From: Ginglymostoma cirratum
Taxonomy: Eukaryota
Assembly (NCBI GenBank): GCA_024137785.1
Contig: JAHRHZ010000091.1
Coordinates: 6,390,292 to 6,454,291 of the forward strand
DNA length: 64,000 nucleotides
Reading direction: 5' to 3'
In this document: positions 1-13,325 of the stretch, in pieces
Layout of the letters: the number at the start of each line of letters is the position of its first letter
Numbering within the stretch: position 1 is the stretch's first letter
The notes under the pieces: generated by a model
Databases searched by the model: none
What the model was told of the DNA's origin: nothing
Seen by the model: the letters and a program-made list of their open reading frames with translations, nothing else
Translations under genes and position numbers: made by a program

Positions 1-119
1 GGTCTAGCCCAAAACGTCAAGCTTTCCTGCTCCTATGATGCTGCTTGGCCTGCTGTGTTCATCCAGCTCCACACCTTGTTATCTCGGATTCTCCAGCATC
101 TGCAGTACCTATTATCTCT
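1..119 (+). mobile_element. Penelope-like terminal repeat fragment (family A) with 3' tail, cut by window edge
   Basis: cccaaaacgtcaagctttcctgctcctatgatgctgcttggcctgctgtgttcatccagctccacaccttgttatctc plus tail; same repeat as the GIY-YIG-linked copies at 21620-21737 and 37864-37994. Confidence 0.8.
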
Positions 120-529
120 ATTAATAGCCTAGAATTTGTGGGGCTTTTGATATGAAGTGTCGGCATTTGCTGTCATTTTTTTCTGCGAATCTGCACCTTT
201 TAGGATATAATGTAAACACAGATTAACTCAGAAATCCCGAAGTTTTGGTTTGCCATTCACTATTGTGGGTTATTCTGTAGCCCTTTTGTGCCGATGATCT
301 ATGGAATCCATTTTCCACTTACATGTTGCTGTTTTGAAATATCAGAAGTTACATGAAGAAGTGTAAGTGAGATTTTAATGGTGATCTGACCAACGACAAC
401 TGCTGAATAATGGATATGGCTATGAAAAAATAACTTTGTATTAATGGAATTTTAAACATCTTTATTGTGATTAATTATTAGTTTTGTCAAATCATTTTTA
501 ACGTTCTTAAATATGTATATGTTTGTGTT

Positions 530-2690
530 CGATTTATTGTTTTCACATGTACGGAGATACAGTGAAAAGTGTTGTTTTGCGTGCTAGACAAAGTGCATCA
601 GGATAGCAGAACAGAGTGCAGAATACAGTGTTACAACTGCATAGAAGGTGCAGAGAGAGAAATCGACATTAACATTTGAAAGGTCCGTTCCAAAGTCTAA
701 TGACAGATGGAAAGAAGCTGTTCTTGAACCCGTTTGCATGTGTTTTCAAAATTTTATGTCTTCTGCCTGATGAAAGGGGGCGGAAGAGAGTATAACCAGG
801 ATGGGTGGATCTTTGATTATCCTGGTTACTTTCCTAAGGCAGCAGGAAGTATAGATGGAGTCAGTGGATGGAAGGCTCGTTTGCATGATGGACTGGGCTG
901 TGTTCACGACTTTCTGTAGTTTCTTGGAGTCTTGGGAAGAGCAGTTGCCATACCATGCTATGATGTATCCAGATAGGATGTTTTCTATGAAGCACCGATA
1001 AAAATTGGTAAGTGTCTTTGTGGACGCGCCAAATTTCCTTAGGGTCCTGAGGAAGTAGAGACGTTGAGTCTTCTTGACTGTCATGTTGCGTATGTGGACC
1101 AGGACAGAATATTGGTGATGATCGCTCCCAAGAACTTGATGCTGTCAACGATTTCCATCCTACTGATGCAGACAGCGACTTGCCTTTCACTCTGCTTCCT
1201 AAAGTCAATGACCAGCTACTTTTTGCTGACGTTAATGGAGAGTTTGTTGTCTTTACACCATGCCTATAAGCACACAAACTCTTTCCTGTACTTTGGCTCA
1301 TTGTTGTTTGAGATCTGGCCTACAATGGTGGTGTTGTCAGCAAAGTTGTAATGGATTTGGGGCAGAATTTGGCTACGTATAGAATGAGGCTAAGTTCGCA
1401 GCCTTGCAGAGCATCAGTGTTGAGGATTATCGTGGAGGAGGTGTTGTCACTTATTCTTACTGATTGTGGTCTATGGGTCAGGAAGCTGAGCATCCAGTTT
1501 CAGATGGGTGATCAGAGACCTAGGTCTCTGAGTTTGGTGATGAGTTTCCTTGGAATTATGATGTTGAAGGCAGAGCTGTAGTCAATATGTAGGAGGCTGT
1601 CACTATCCAGATGCTGCACGGACAAGTGTAGGACCAGTTGGCCTCTGCCCTGGACCTGTAGCGATGGTAGGTGAATTGCAAAGGATCAAGGCAATCTGGT
1701 AGGCTGGAGTTTATGTAAACCATGACTAGTCTCTTGAAGCATTTCATAATTACAGAGCTCAGGGTTACCGGGTAGTAGTCATTAAGGCACACTGCATGAT
1801 TTTTCTTTGGCATTGGAATGATGGTCTTCTTGAAGTAGGTGGAAACTTCAGATTGTAGTTACAAGAGGTTAAAAATGTCAGCGAATACCCCGCCAGCTGG
1901 TCCGCACATGAGCTGAGTACATGGTTGGGGACTCTGTCCAGGTCAATTGCTTTCTGTGGGTTCACTCAAGAAGACCACTCTGATGTCTACAGCGGTGACC
2001 ATGGGTACAGGTGCATCCGAGGCTGTTGGGACAGGTGATGTAGTTTCACCAACCTTTTTGTTCAGAGCGAGTGTAGAATGCATTGACGTCACTGTGGAGT
2101 GCTGTATTGTTGCCTACGATTCTGTTCAACCTCATTTTGTAGCCCATTACGCCGTATAAGCCTTGCCACAAATGACAGGTGTCATAGTGGTTAGTCTGGG
2201 TCTCAAGCTTAGTTTGTACTGCTTCTTGGCATGTGTGATGTCCTTGTGAAGGTTGTACCTGGATTTCTGTATAGGTCAGGGTTGCCTGACTTGAACACGT
2301 CAGACCTGGACTTCGGTAGGGAGTGGATCTCCGGTTCACCAAGAGTTTCTGGTTGGGGAACACTCGGATTGATTTCCTCGGCATGCAGTCTTCTACACTT
2401 TTACTAATGAAATCTATAACGGTAGTGGCATACTTGTTTAGGTTGGCTGCTGAGTTCTTGAATATGGACCAGTTCACTGACTCTAATCAGACCTGGAGAA
2501 GCCCTTCTGTTGCTTCAGACCAAAACGATACTATTTTCTGTACTGGTTTCTCATGCTTCAATTTCTGCTTATAAGCCAGCAGGAGGAGCATAGCATTGTG
2601 ATCTGATTTTCCAAAATGCAGACAGGGGGTGGAGCAGAAGGCATCTTTAATGGTTGTAAAGCAATAATCAAAGATGTTCGTATTGTTTGT
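530..2690 (-). mobile_element. Rex1/Babar-type LINE, decayed ORF2 (endonuclease end, RT, C-terminus) and 3' end
   Basis: Minus ORFs with DYCFTTIKDAF..HFGKSDH, CLNDYYPVTLSSVIMKCFKRLV, LDPLQFTY, KKTQRLYFLRTLRKFG..IAWYGNCS; AATAAA on minus strand near 533-538; many frameshifts. Confidence 0.85.
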
Positions 2691-3250
2691 TCTTGATTTT
2701 TCAGCCACCGCAATTTGCACCGAATACTCTAAACTTTTATTTTGCTTTTAGTAACATTTCTTAACTGGAATTTGATTATCAGGTTTCTATTTCTTGATTG
2801 GTTGAAATAACTCTTCAATTTGATTAAGTACTGGATAGCTTGATGACATCACTACAGCACAGCGCTGAGCATTCCAATTAAACAACAGTATAATCACCGC
2901 GGATTGGCTCTTTGTGGCTTTCTGAAAGATTAATGGTGAGTGCTCTTCCTTTGCTACTGATTAGAAAATGCAAATCATTCCTATTGTGTCTGTACTGGTC
3001 TTCAGGTAAAATACAACCATATGACTCTGTTTTGGATTACTATAATGAACTGGCCTCAGGTGCCAATTGTATTCATCAATTAGGCTCAATTGTAATCATT
3101 TCCAGGTTTCTGATTCATCCCGTATTATTAATATGGAACAGAGAAACTCTTGGATTTTGGGGGCAATATCTGTGCCCACAAAAACTGTTAAATCTCTTGA
3201 ATAAATATTATTGCCATTTACAATAAACTGCATGAAAAGAAATGTTATGT

Positions 3251-3319
3251 ACCCAATGCAGTTCAGTGGTATTAAGACTATTTGAAGGAATGTAATTGAT
3301 TTACTCCATCACAGCACAT
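3251..3319 (+). repeat. 69-bp exact dispersed direct repeat, copy 1
   Basis: acccaatgcagttcagtggtattaagactatttgaaggaatgtaattgatttactccatcacagcacat identical to 4339-4407. Confidence 0.95.
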
Positions 3320-4338
3320 CCTTACAACATCATTGAGCCTGCTGGCCTTTCTATTTTGCACAAGATCAAATTCTTACAGTATAACTACTCGCTGGTACTT
3401 TAGCCATACGCTCATATTTACCCCAGGAGCACAAACATAAAGTAGCTGCACATCAATTCCATGTACCAGTTTAAAAATATGTAATGGACTATCAGCAGGA
3501 ACACAGTTTATAGCATTTTGCTTGTGGAACAGACTCGTGGACAATGCCATTCCTTGAAATACTGCTTCAAGAGTATCATTGACTCAGCAGAGAATGCTTG
3601 AGTATATGTCAGACTGGAGGAAACAGTAGGCTTGGTACATCGTACAAAGGAAATCCTGGTCTTTGAGCTTACTGTAATCATTAGACCCATTTATTTCATA
3701 TTAGACTTGTTTCCTTTGTACTTGTGTATGTGCATGAATGTATGCAGATATGTGGAAAAGAAATCACTTTTTCTTGAATTTCTAAGTAAAATACAGAAAT
3801 TTTATTTGTGCTTAATCAAGAGATTTGTATTTTTAACATAATTTGCTAACTGCAGTATCTTCCTCATCAGATCGGTCATTGTTACTTTGAAGCTATAGAT
3901 CAAATCCAATTATAAAAACTCAAACTTGTTTACTATTACTACTTGAATATAAACTGAAACTTTCTGACCCAAGGAAATGGCTACTGAAAAAAAACCTTTT
4001 AGGAGAAAAGTAAGCAGATTTCATAGATGCATTGCTGAGCTTACAACAATAAACAATTGTTTTCAATTTCTCTGACCTTTCTTTCTCTCCACCTTCCACT
4101 ATACTGTCTGAAGTCATTGACTTATTCTTCCATGTGATTTCATGGGAAGTTATGACATGGTAGTTTGCTGAAAAAGCCGTTCTTTGTAAATGAGTTCAGA
4201 AAAATGAGGGTTAGTAGGCTTTTCTTCTGTGAAGAGTGTCACTTTTGCACACATTCCGTAAAGTTTGTATGTGCATTTTCTGCATTACGCCTTCTGATCA
4301 CTGACTGGCTTTTATTTTCCTTTCTCCTCCTCCCTAGC

Positions 4339-4407
4339 ACCCAATGCAGTTCAGTGGTATTAAGACTATTTGAAGGAATGTAATTGATTTACTCCATCAC
4401 AGCACAT
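4339..4407 (+). repeat. 69-bp exact dispersed direct repeat, copy 2
   Basis: Identical to 3251-3319. Confidence 0.95.
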
Positions 4408-4469
4408 GTTACTTCAAAAATTGGGTGTTCTAAAGTGCAGGAACTGGGGTTCATGGACAAAATGAGCGC

Positions 4470-4790
4470 AATGGAGACCATGCGGTGAAACAGAGAAACT
4501 AGAGAAGGATGTAGACTCCAAGTCAGGATATGGAAGGATCCTGGGGAAAGGCTTGTCTTTGTGGGTAACTGGAAGTTAAGGATGCATCAGAGGCACCTGA
4601 ATAGGCAATCTCTGTGTTGGTGACAAAGACGTTAAGTGTGTTGACTTTAGTTTGTCGGGTGAGTGGGTGGCATGGAGGATGGGGGATGGGCATGGAAGTT
4701 GAGGTTGTGTAAATGCTGCCTGACCTGCTGTGTTCCTCCAGCTCCATACTGTATTGACTCTGACTCCAGCATCTGTAGTTCTTGCTATCT
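4470..4790. mobile_element. Degenerate Penelope-like fragment (family A terminal repeat on +, possible RT-thumb remnant on -)
   Basis: atgctgcctgacctgctgtgttcctccagctcc..ctccagcatctgtagttcttgctatct at 4713-4790; weak PFSQFLRL-like remnant on minus near 4475-4515. Confidence 0.55.
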
Positions 4791-6384
4791 TGGGGTTGCA
4801 TAAATTGTTTCCAATAGGAAAAAAGCTCCAAATGTTACGTTTGCTCTGCAGGATGATGCTAGAGATTTTCCTCAATAAAGTGGAGGCTATCAGTGCTTTC
4901 AGAAGCTCTGCCTTATGAGATGATGGATGGCTAAACCAGTTTTGAACCAGATTCACAGAAGTCCCTGCATGATTTGCACTGTAGTGAGTGAAAATGGATC
5001 CTATACCAGATGATTACAGTGGATCAGAGTAAGGGATGCGCTGGGGATAAAGCTACTTTGGTTACGGAATGTCCGCAGAATGGAAGATGGTTACTTCAAT
5101 AATTTAATCAAGTTCTAACCAATGTTAGTATTTCTCGGAATAAACACTGACAGATAAATTGATTCCACTATTATTGGTCAATTTGTGTCCTTCATGAAAG
5201 GTAAAGTGACAAAACAAAAGTGTTCTCCCCGACCCCCCAATAAAAGCAGGTATTTTAATCAGTTTCGTGCAAATTGTAGAAGAAATGGTTAAACCAGTTC
5301 CTGTGCCTAAAAACGATCTCCCTTCATTAAGGAAGCAAAATCTGGGATTTTGAGAACTCATTCTGGCAATGTGGTTGTAATTGGCAAAGCACAGATCTTC
5401 CTGTAACTTTAAAGCGGCAAAGAAAAGGAGAACTGAAATAAAGCAGCTTTATTCAAAATAAAATGGAAAATTGCAACACTGTCTCTAAATGTACAAGACA
5501 TTTGTTTCATCTGAGACAGCTTAATTGTGTTTTCTGCCTTAATTTGACTGGAATATGCAGCTGAGGGCATTGTAGATTTCTCTCCGAGATGTGAAGAAAG
5601 ACCATTTTCCATATGTAATGGGAATTCTAAAAATAGACTTGTTGAAATTGTGTGGGCAATAGCTTCATCAGCTTTTGACCTATAGTTCAACATGTTTCCT
5701 CTTATTTCAGATTCTCCATATGAACAGACAAAAAGAAGGGAAACACAAAGATCGATCAAATACATTAATCAAGTACTCCTTTCAAACATTACCGAGACAG
5801 AAACATCACGAATAGTCAATTCAGAAAACATTTAGGATTTGTTTCCTACTCCTTAAGGCGTAAGAGCAAAGATTTGAGACTACCAAGGCCTTTGTCCTCT
5901 GAGTTTGCCACAATCTCATTGTCAGTTAATCTCCCCCTTCATGTATATTCCCTAGCCTGTATTCATGGCCACTTCCTTGCCATTGCATCTGGTCGTGATG
6001 GTCCTACAGTATCAATTGCATATAAAGTCAACACTGATCACTCCCTTGTGACACTCGCAGCTCACGTCTTTCTTCTATATCCCAACCCAGGCTCTTTCTG
6101 TATCGGTTTCTGGAAATTCCAACTGCCTCACCTTTGGACTTCCATTTGCTACAACATTTCTTCAACTATTATTTACTTTACTTTGTCTACAAGTATTATT
6201 CCCTAGTCTGCATTGAATTTCTTGGCCTGGATATTTTCTGTTACGGCCCTCATCTCTTTCCTTTAAGTATAATGGGTACAGACTGGAAAGCATATCATGG
6301 ATAACCATTTACTTCTAGGTCTGGCTGGGCCACTTAAAATATTTTTGGGCTCTGCTCTTATGTGTAATTACTATTTCTGGATAA

Positions 6385-7455
6385 TCCTGAAATGCAAGCT
6401 GTCATCTTAAACCCCTCTCCCCTATACCCTAAATCCTTGCCTGTAATAACAATTGCGCAGAGTTAATGGACTTCTTTGACACTAAGTTTGAAACTAACTG
6501 ATTAACTGCATCTGCCATGTCCTCCCCCTCCACCTTCCACTAGCTCACCCTGCCAGTCTTCACATAATGGTTTCCCCTTCTCCAGTCCTATTCTGTTTGT
6601 TTATTTTTTCTTCTGTTTCCTTTTATGTCCTCTTTAATCTCATCTTGTCCATGGAAGCCACATGCTTGTTCCCTCATTCCTATTCCCACTAAACCTTCGA
6701 TCACCCAACCTTGCCAAGTGGATCCTTCCCTTTAGGTTTGTCCTCCTTAGAACTGCTATCATCAGCCCTCTTATTAAAAAAAAGAAACCCTTGCCCTTCC
6801 CCACTGACCGACCCAATCTGCAACCTTCCATCCCTCTCCAAAGTGCTTGAGCAAGTTGTTGCCTCCCGAATCCATTCTTTATCTTTACTGGTATTTCATG
6901 TTCGAGTCCCTTTGGTTCCCAGCTTAGCCACTGTTAACATTGGTCTAATTAAAATCGCAAATGATACTCTATCACAAGGGTAAATTTTCCTTTCTTCTTT
7001 GATGGCTGTCCCTAATTGATCGTGAATAAATTGAGTGGCTTGCTAGCATTTAGAGAGGAGTTGAGAGTCAAAACATTGCTGTAGGTCTGAAGTCACATAT
7101 AGGTCAGATTCCATAAGGATGGTGGGATTTGAGAAGTAGCCTGGGCGTCTAGTCCAGTGACATTGTAATTATGCCACTATATTCCCTTGACGTCTTCACC
7201 TGCCTGTCTCCTTTGAGATGGTTAATCAAGCCATCTCTGTCGACTTCTCTACTGATGCAAATTGTCAGACTGCCTATCAACATCCAGTTCTGGATGAGTA
7301 GAAATTTGGTCTGACTAAATAATGCAAAGATGTAAATAATTATCTAATATCCCTACATTAAAGTTAATTCCTTATCTGTTGGTTCCATTTATCTTCCTGA
7401 CTAGAGTCTGAGGCTAAGTCAGTCTGTTTGGAATCCAAATGTTACATTTAATCCA
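6385..7455 (+). mobile_element. L2 LINE remnant, interrupted by a SINE fragment (~7005-7190)
   Basis: RTAIISPLIKKKKP and PICNLPSLSKVLEQVVAS match the L2 pre-RT region (NYRPISNLPFLSKVLE). Confidence 0.7.
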
Positions 7456-7816
7456 TGTACATTTTAATTAATTACTGCCAGTTTCTCTTGGGTCTCTTAC
7501 ATGGTCTGTTCTCAATAGGTATGCACTTTATTTTCAGAGACCTGTTCAGGCCGTCCTCCTTCTGCCAAGTATTGCAGTGTTTTGCAACCACTGTATAACT
7601 TGGACTGGAGTTCAGTTTTGCCTCACTCTCTCTTCTTAGATTTGAACTAGATTTGGCCATTGTGTTTGGAATAATGGCCCATATTCCCTGTCTGGATCCC
7701 TGGGAACTGATGTGTTTGATTATGAATAACTGCAGTGTAAATTTCAACATGGATATGTTGATTTTTTTTTTATTAGCACATGAAGATGTTCAATTAGTCT
7801 AAACTACCCTAGTTTT

Positions 7817-8118
7817 CATAGAATCCCTACAGTCAGAAAGAGCCCGTTTGGCCTATCAAGTCAACACTGACCCTTCGAAGAGCACCCATCCAGACTCAGT
7901 CCCCTACCCTCTCACCGTAAGCCCACATTTACCATAGTTGATTCTCCAAGCCTGCACATCCCTAGATAGTACAGACAATTTAGCGTGGCTGGTCCATCTA
8001 AACTGAACATCTTTGGACTGTGGGAGGAAACCAGAGTACCCAGCAGAAATCTACGCAGACATGAGAGAACGTGCAACCTCCGCACAGACAGTCACCCAAG
8101 ACTGGAATCGAACCCTGG
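7817..8118 (-). mobile_element. HE1-type V-SINE with CR1-derived tail
   Basis: Reverse complement has B-box gggttcgattcc, V-domain ggtttcctcccacagtccaaagatg and tail ctgtagggattctatg. Confidence 0.85.
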
Positions 8119-8498
8119 ATGTGGATTTGATAAACCAATGTACCCTTGAAAAGACAACTTGTATATTGAATAGCAACACTTAATTTCTTGCTTACTTATT
8201 TACCTGTGATTAATACTTGTTTATTAAAATATGAACCGAATTGCTGAGTGGAAGGTGGGTGCTAAAATATTCAAAGTTTATGGAAATGTGTCTGGATGGT
8301 TGCTTCAGTGGTCTGATAGTTTGATAATGCTTGTGGATCATTGGGCTGCACAATTCAAAATATTGCAGGTCCAGACACTGCAGTAAGGGAGAGCTAGCTA
8401 ACTCTTACTAGGAATGCAAGAATTGGTTTTGGTCCCTGGCCTAGGACAGTGCAAATGAGTAGGATTCTCAATAGCATTCTCAATAGCTTGAAAGTGTG

Positions 8499-8728
8499 AA
8501 ACAAACGCACAAATTTCTGGGGAAACTCAGCAAGTGTTGCAGTATCTATGGAGAGAGAAGCAGAATAAACAATTCAAACCCAGTATGACTTTTTTATTCT
8601 GAAGAAGAGTAATACTGGACTCAATTTTCACTCATCTTTGTCTCAATAGATGCTACCAGACCTGCTGAGTTTCTCCAGCACTTTGTTTTTATTTCAGATT
8701 TCCAGTATCTGCTGTATTTTGCTCATAT
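8499..8728. mobile_element. Palindromic Penelope-derived non-autonomous element (family B)
   Basis: Inverted arms ctggggaaactcagc..agagaagcaga / gatgctaccagacctgctgagtttctccagc; central ctgaagaagagt..gactc; TSD cttgaaagtRtg at 8487-8498 and 8729-8740. Confidence 0.75.
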
Positions 8729-9419
8729 CTTGAAAGTATGTGCACATGATGATAAACATAGTTGTTTGTGATTCCTTTGATGTCAGATTTAGCTTGTAGA
8801 CAGTGACTTATGTGGCGAATGGTGGGCATAGGCAAGAGAACTTTAACTATTTAAACATAGGGTAGGAAGAAAAGATGCAGAAGTAAAAGGATAATAAACT
8901 GAATGGGTTGAGGTGGCCAATAGAGTTTGAGTGTATTGGCATTATCATTCATGCACTTGTATTTTTTCAGACCTCTAGTACAGATTTTCCTTGATTTTCA
9001 GGAATTGGCAAACATCAGCTTATTGCTTGCAGCAAAATATCCAAGCCAAGAGCAATAAGCAATGCTCCTTCGCAGCACGGAATGCTGTTCCTTTTCTTTT
9101 TGTTTAGTCAGTCACGGTGTCTGGCTAATTAAATCTCTGAATATATCCCGACAATCTGGTGAGATGATAAGGAATGAAAAGTTGAATATCTAAGAAGCTG
9201 TCGGACACCTCTCGGATAGGTAGTTATCTTATAAATCCTCCTACCGTTTGCTTTTTTTTCCTCAGTTCTTGATATCTAAAAAGAGCCAAATGTTTCCTGG
9301 CTGATTTCTTTACAAACAACCACCTCTGTTGCTACTGTGCAATGCTTAATTTTAGATGTATATTATGTTGTAGTATTGCCCTTCGTCATAATTTAAAATG
9401 GATGCTCTTATCCTACATT

Positions 9420-10300
9420 TTAGATTTGCTGTGGAACCAATGATATTTAATGCTGGGGTTTTGTCCATTCACCTTGTCTCTCAGTATCCTTTTTTTAATT
9501 TTATGCTATCATCTACACTGTCTGCAATGCCACCTAATTTCATCTCGTCAGCAAATTTAGAAATGTGACTTTCTGTGTCATTACTCAAGTCGTTAATAAC
9601 TGATGTGAATAATTAAGACCCTAACACAGATCCTTGTGGGTCACATCCTGCATTAACTCTAACTCTACTTTTTGTTGCGTGCCATCCAACTCATTTCCCA
9701 GCTATTTTAGTAATTTGCTCTCAATTCTGGGAGTTCTTCCTTAGTTAACAGTCTTTTATGAAGGACTTTATCAAGTGACTTCTGTAGGTAAAGAATATTT
9801 AAGATTTGTCAGGCACGACTTGCCTTTTATGAATCCATGTTGCTGCCCTTGATTAACTGAAAATTTTTAAGGTTTTCGATTGCCCTGTCCTTGTTTGTAG
9901 AATCCAGCAGTTTCCTCATCATAGATGTTGGCATAATTGTCTGTAATTCCCTGATTTACTTCTTTTGCTCTTCTTAAAAAGCAGAGTGACATGCAATTTT
10001 CCAATTCAGGCTCCTGAATTTATAAGAGAACTTTGAAAGATTATGATCACGGCTTCTTGAATGTGCTCTCCTACTTCCTTTCACACTCTTTGATAGAAAC
10101 TGTCAGGTCTTGGGGATTTGTCACACTTTAATTCCATTAATTTTCTCATTATCAATGTTTACTTGTGTTCATTTTATTTAGCCCCTATCCCTGATCTACT
10201 GTTCATCTCCAATGGACTTCTGGCAAGGTATCCTTCTTTTCTACTGTAAATACTAAGGCAGAGTAATCATCCGACATGTCTGCCATTTCCCCATAGTCAT
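9420..10300 (-). mobile_element. Old CR1 LINE RT fragment
   Basis: Minus strand encodes QQHGFIKGKSCLT and SKFADEMKLGG. Confidence 0.8.
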
Positions 10301-10964
10301 TTAGAAAATTGATATAGTGAATTTTACAGATTTATATTAAAACTTAACCTCTTCATCTACTGAAGAATTGAAAGCACGTAGTTTTGATAAAAGGTCTTGG
10401 AAAGAAATTACTCTACTCTTAGCCAAATAAAAGTCCCAGCAAATCTTTGAACAGTTAAGGTCCATGGATTTCTAATCTGTCAGTAATTTCTGCTTTTAGT
10501 ATACTTTGAACTTAATTCCGAACTTGATGCTCAGACAATTTTATTTCACTTCACAATTAGGAAAATTTTTCCTGGCATCCTGTCTCATGTTGCTCCCTTC
10601 TTTCTTTCTTATTTGCACCTTGCAACACTTGTAGGTGAGTTAAGGGGTAAGGCATCAGGAAAACTCTCTTAATATACTGCTTATATTTTTTAAAAAACAA
10701 AAAGTGAAAATATTCCATGGGCCAAGTAGCACGTGACCTGAATATTTCCAGCAATCAACGTTTATAATTTGAACTTCCAGCATCTACAGTATTTGAATTC
10801 GATATATTATTTATGTGTCATAACTTGAATCTGTAATTTAATATTTTGGACAGAATTTTTCCATTGCCACTATGGTTCAGTTACAGCCATCTACCTTTCA
10901 GAATAAAACTTTATTTTTTTTTTAGCTCTAATATTACTTTAAAGCATTTTTTTCATCAAGTTGA

Positions 10965-11610
10965 CTTTTATGACCGAGATGCTTGATTATGAAGCTTGTG
11001 TTCTCAGCACCTTGATGTATGGCTATGAAAGGCTATGACTTAGCTATCAAAAAAGGAAGCGTACTCATTTTCATATTTGCTACTTGTGGCAAATTCTGGG
11101 CATTTCAAAGAAGGACCAAATCACAAATGTGGCAGCCTTCTCTGAAAGAAAAACCTCCCAGGTGTGTTGGCACACATCGAGCAAAAGTGACTGTGCTGAA
11201 ATGGGTTCATTTGTAGGATAGAACTTGGTCACACGCTTAAGAATTTTCTGTATGGCAAAGCAGTTGGAGTTAGACCAACAACTGCTAGGATACCAAAAAC
11301 TTCAAGGATGCTTGTAAATGTGACATGAAGTTCCTAACGTGTAATTTCACATTTGGGAAGTATTGGCTGATGGCAGCGGGAAATGACATCATCATCTGTG
11401 GACTGGCACATACTATCATGATGATACGCGGTTCGAGCAGATTGGGACCATCACAGAAAAACTCACAATGTCACCTGTTGACCACATCACGTGATTACAT
11501 TTGGCACTTGTGACAGAGCTTGCTACCATCAGCCAATGTGCATGCTGTGGAGATACCACATCCCTGAATGTTTTGATTTGCATCATGATGCAAGTGAAAG
11601 GATGCTAATG
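10965..11610 (+). mobile_element. RTE-clade LINE 3' fragment
   Basis: YEACVLSTLMYGYE, ILGISKKDQITN, KNFLYGK and FKDACKCDMK resemble RTE C-terminal motifs. Confidence 0.7.
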
Positions 11611-12309
11611 ATCATTAATTCGAGTGTTTGAATTTGGACACCAGTCAATTCTGTCAAAATTTACACAAGGCTCCAAGAAATTCAATGAAATGATCATTGG
11701 CAAATTAGTAGGGTTTGTAGATATTTATCATCATGTGCGACAAGTCTAATTGAGAGATAAGCATTCCTTTCTGATTTATTAAATTGGATCCCCTTAGATG
11801 ACATTAGAAGATGAAGTTGTTTCTCTTATAACAGCTGCTACTGGCAAAGCTATTACAAATGAAGTGCGAACTATAATTCAGTGATAAAACATTCTAAAAG
11901 TGTTATGATTTAATGTAATAACAGTTTGTTCCAGCAAGTCTATTGTAACTTGACCAACTAGATAATGTTAACTGGTACATACAAAGTAGGAGCTTTAAAA
12001 TTCTCAACTTTTTTGCCTTTGGTTCAAAAAAGAGTTTCATGGTAAGTTGTGGCGAGAGTGTGAAGTCATCCCAGAATGAAACATGAATCAGAGGCATTCA
12101 GTGTTGCAGGCCTTTTCTTACTATAAATTGAGGTCTTGATCTGGCTCCATTGAGATACAATAAGGTATTACAGTGCTAACGATGAATGTTTCACTATATT
12201 ACATCTGCTTATTTTGACTATTTTAGACAGTAGTGAGTTGGTACACAGTTATATTGGTACAATATATTTTGCTATTGTCCTCATACCCTGATATTGTGCT
12301 GATTGAAAA

Positions 12310-12470
12310 TAGGCAAGTATAACATTGTATAACATTGTGGTACACTAGTATTGGGTCCTAGTCTGTCATTGTACAACACTTAGGTAAAGTAGTATTGTCT
12401 GTCACTGTAGTACACTAGGGTCCAGTAATATTCTGTCCTGGTCTGTCACTGTGTAACACTGTTCTGTAGA
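12310..12470 (+). repeat. Degenerate minisatellite, ~36-44 bp unit
   Basis: Recurrent gtctgtcaYtgt.(t)aacact core at ~12361, 12397, 12441. Confidence 0.65.
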
Positions 12471-13054
12471 AATATTGATTTCACCCTTATATCAAGACAA
12501 TTCAAAGGTAAGAGTCTTGATGTAGGAAACATTATCAACAGCTGTGTAATTTGTTAAATCAGCTGCTCATCATTACTTTTGCCGTTTTCTTACTGTTGGA
12601 AAAAGTTTGTGGTATCTGTTTCCCTTGACACAGCAAGATGTGATAGTTGCACCTCTTGAAAAGTGAGATTTACTATGCTATCCAAACATAAGAGTACAAA
12701 GGCAGTAAGGTTGCTGCCTAAAGTTTGATTGACTACATTCCAAGGCTGCATCTATTCACTTACAGCCTTCTCTTTTACATAAGAACGTAACACAAAAAAT
12801 AGGAGCTGGAGAAGAACACTTGGCCATTCACATCTACTTCACTATTCCATAAGGTCAAGCCAATCCACCTCATCTTCACCATCCCACACTATCCCTTGGT
12901 TCCTTTTACCTTGAATACGTAATGACTGTGGAGAGGATAATTCCTCTTCTAGTAGAATCAAGAATTTGACTGGCAGTCCTGTATCCATGAAAAATGGGCA
13001 CTGCAAACAAATTAGTTTCAGTTGGGGTGCTTTATGTGGCACCCCTTTTCTGAT

Positions 13055-13325
13055 AGCTAGACGCCAGTTGTGGGGAGGCTGCTTCTGCCACAAGTACTGC
13101 ACTTGAAGGTACCAAGTGTTGTTTTGGCTTTTTGATGTTTGTTCCTCCTGCCACTGTAGCCACTAGTCATCATTATGGTGCATGTCAGTCCACAGGAAGT
13201 GTTGCCATACTCTTGTTAGCTAGTCACTCCCAAATGTGATAATCATAGTTTTGAGCTTTCCGGTCATGCTTGCAAGCATCCAAATAGGGAATTTTGGGCA
13301 CCCCACTGGACATCTGTGTTCATCT
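13055..13325 (-). mobile_element. RTE-clade LINE 3' fragment
   Basis: Reverse complement ggatgcttgcaagcatgac.. is homologous to 11305-11520. Confidence 0.55.

Noticed and set aside
11680-11730. FNEMIIGKLVGFVD resembling a P-element/THAP9 transposase motif
   Set aside because: Too short, wrong spacing and no supporting motifs.
12310-12470. Repeat-spacer pattern resembling CRISPR
   Set aside because: Eukaryotic context, degenerate units, related spacers and no cas genes; it is a minisatellite.
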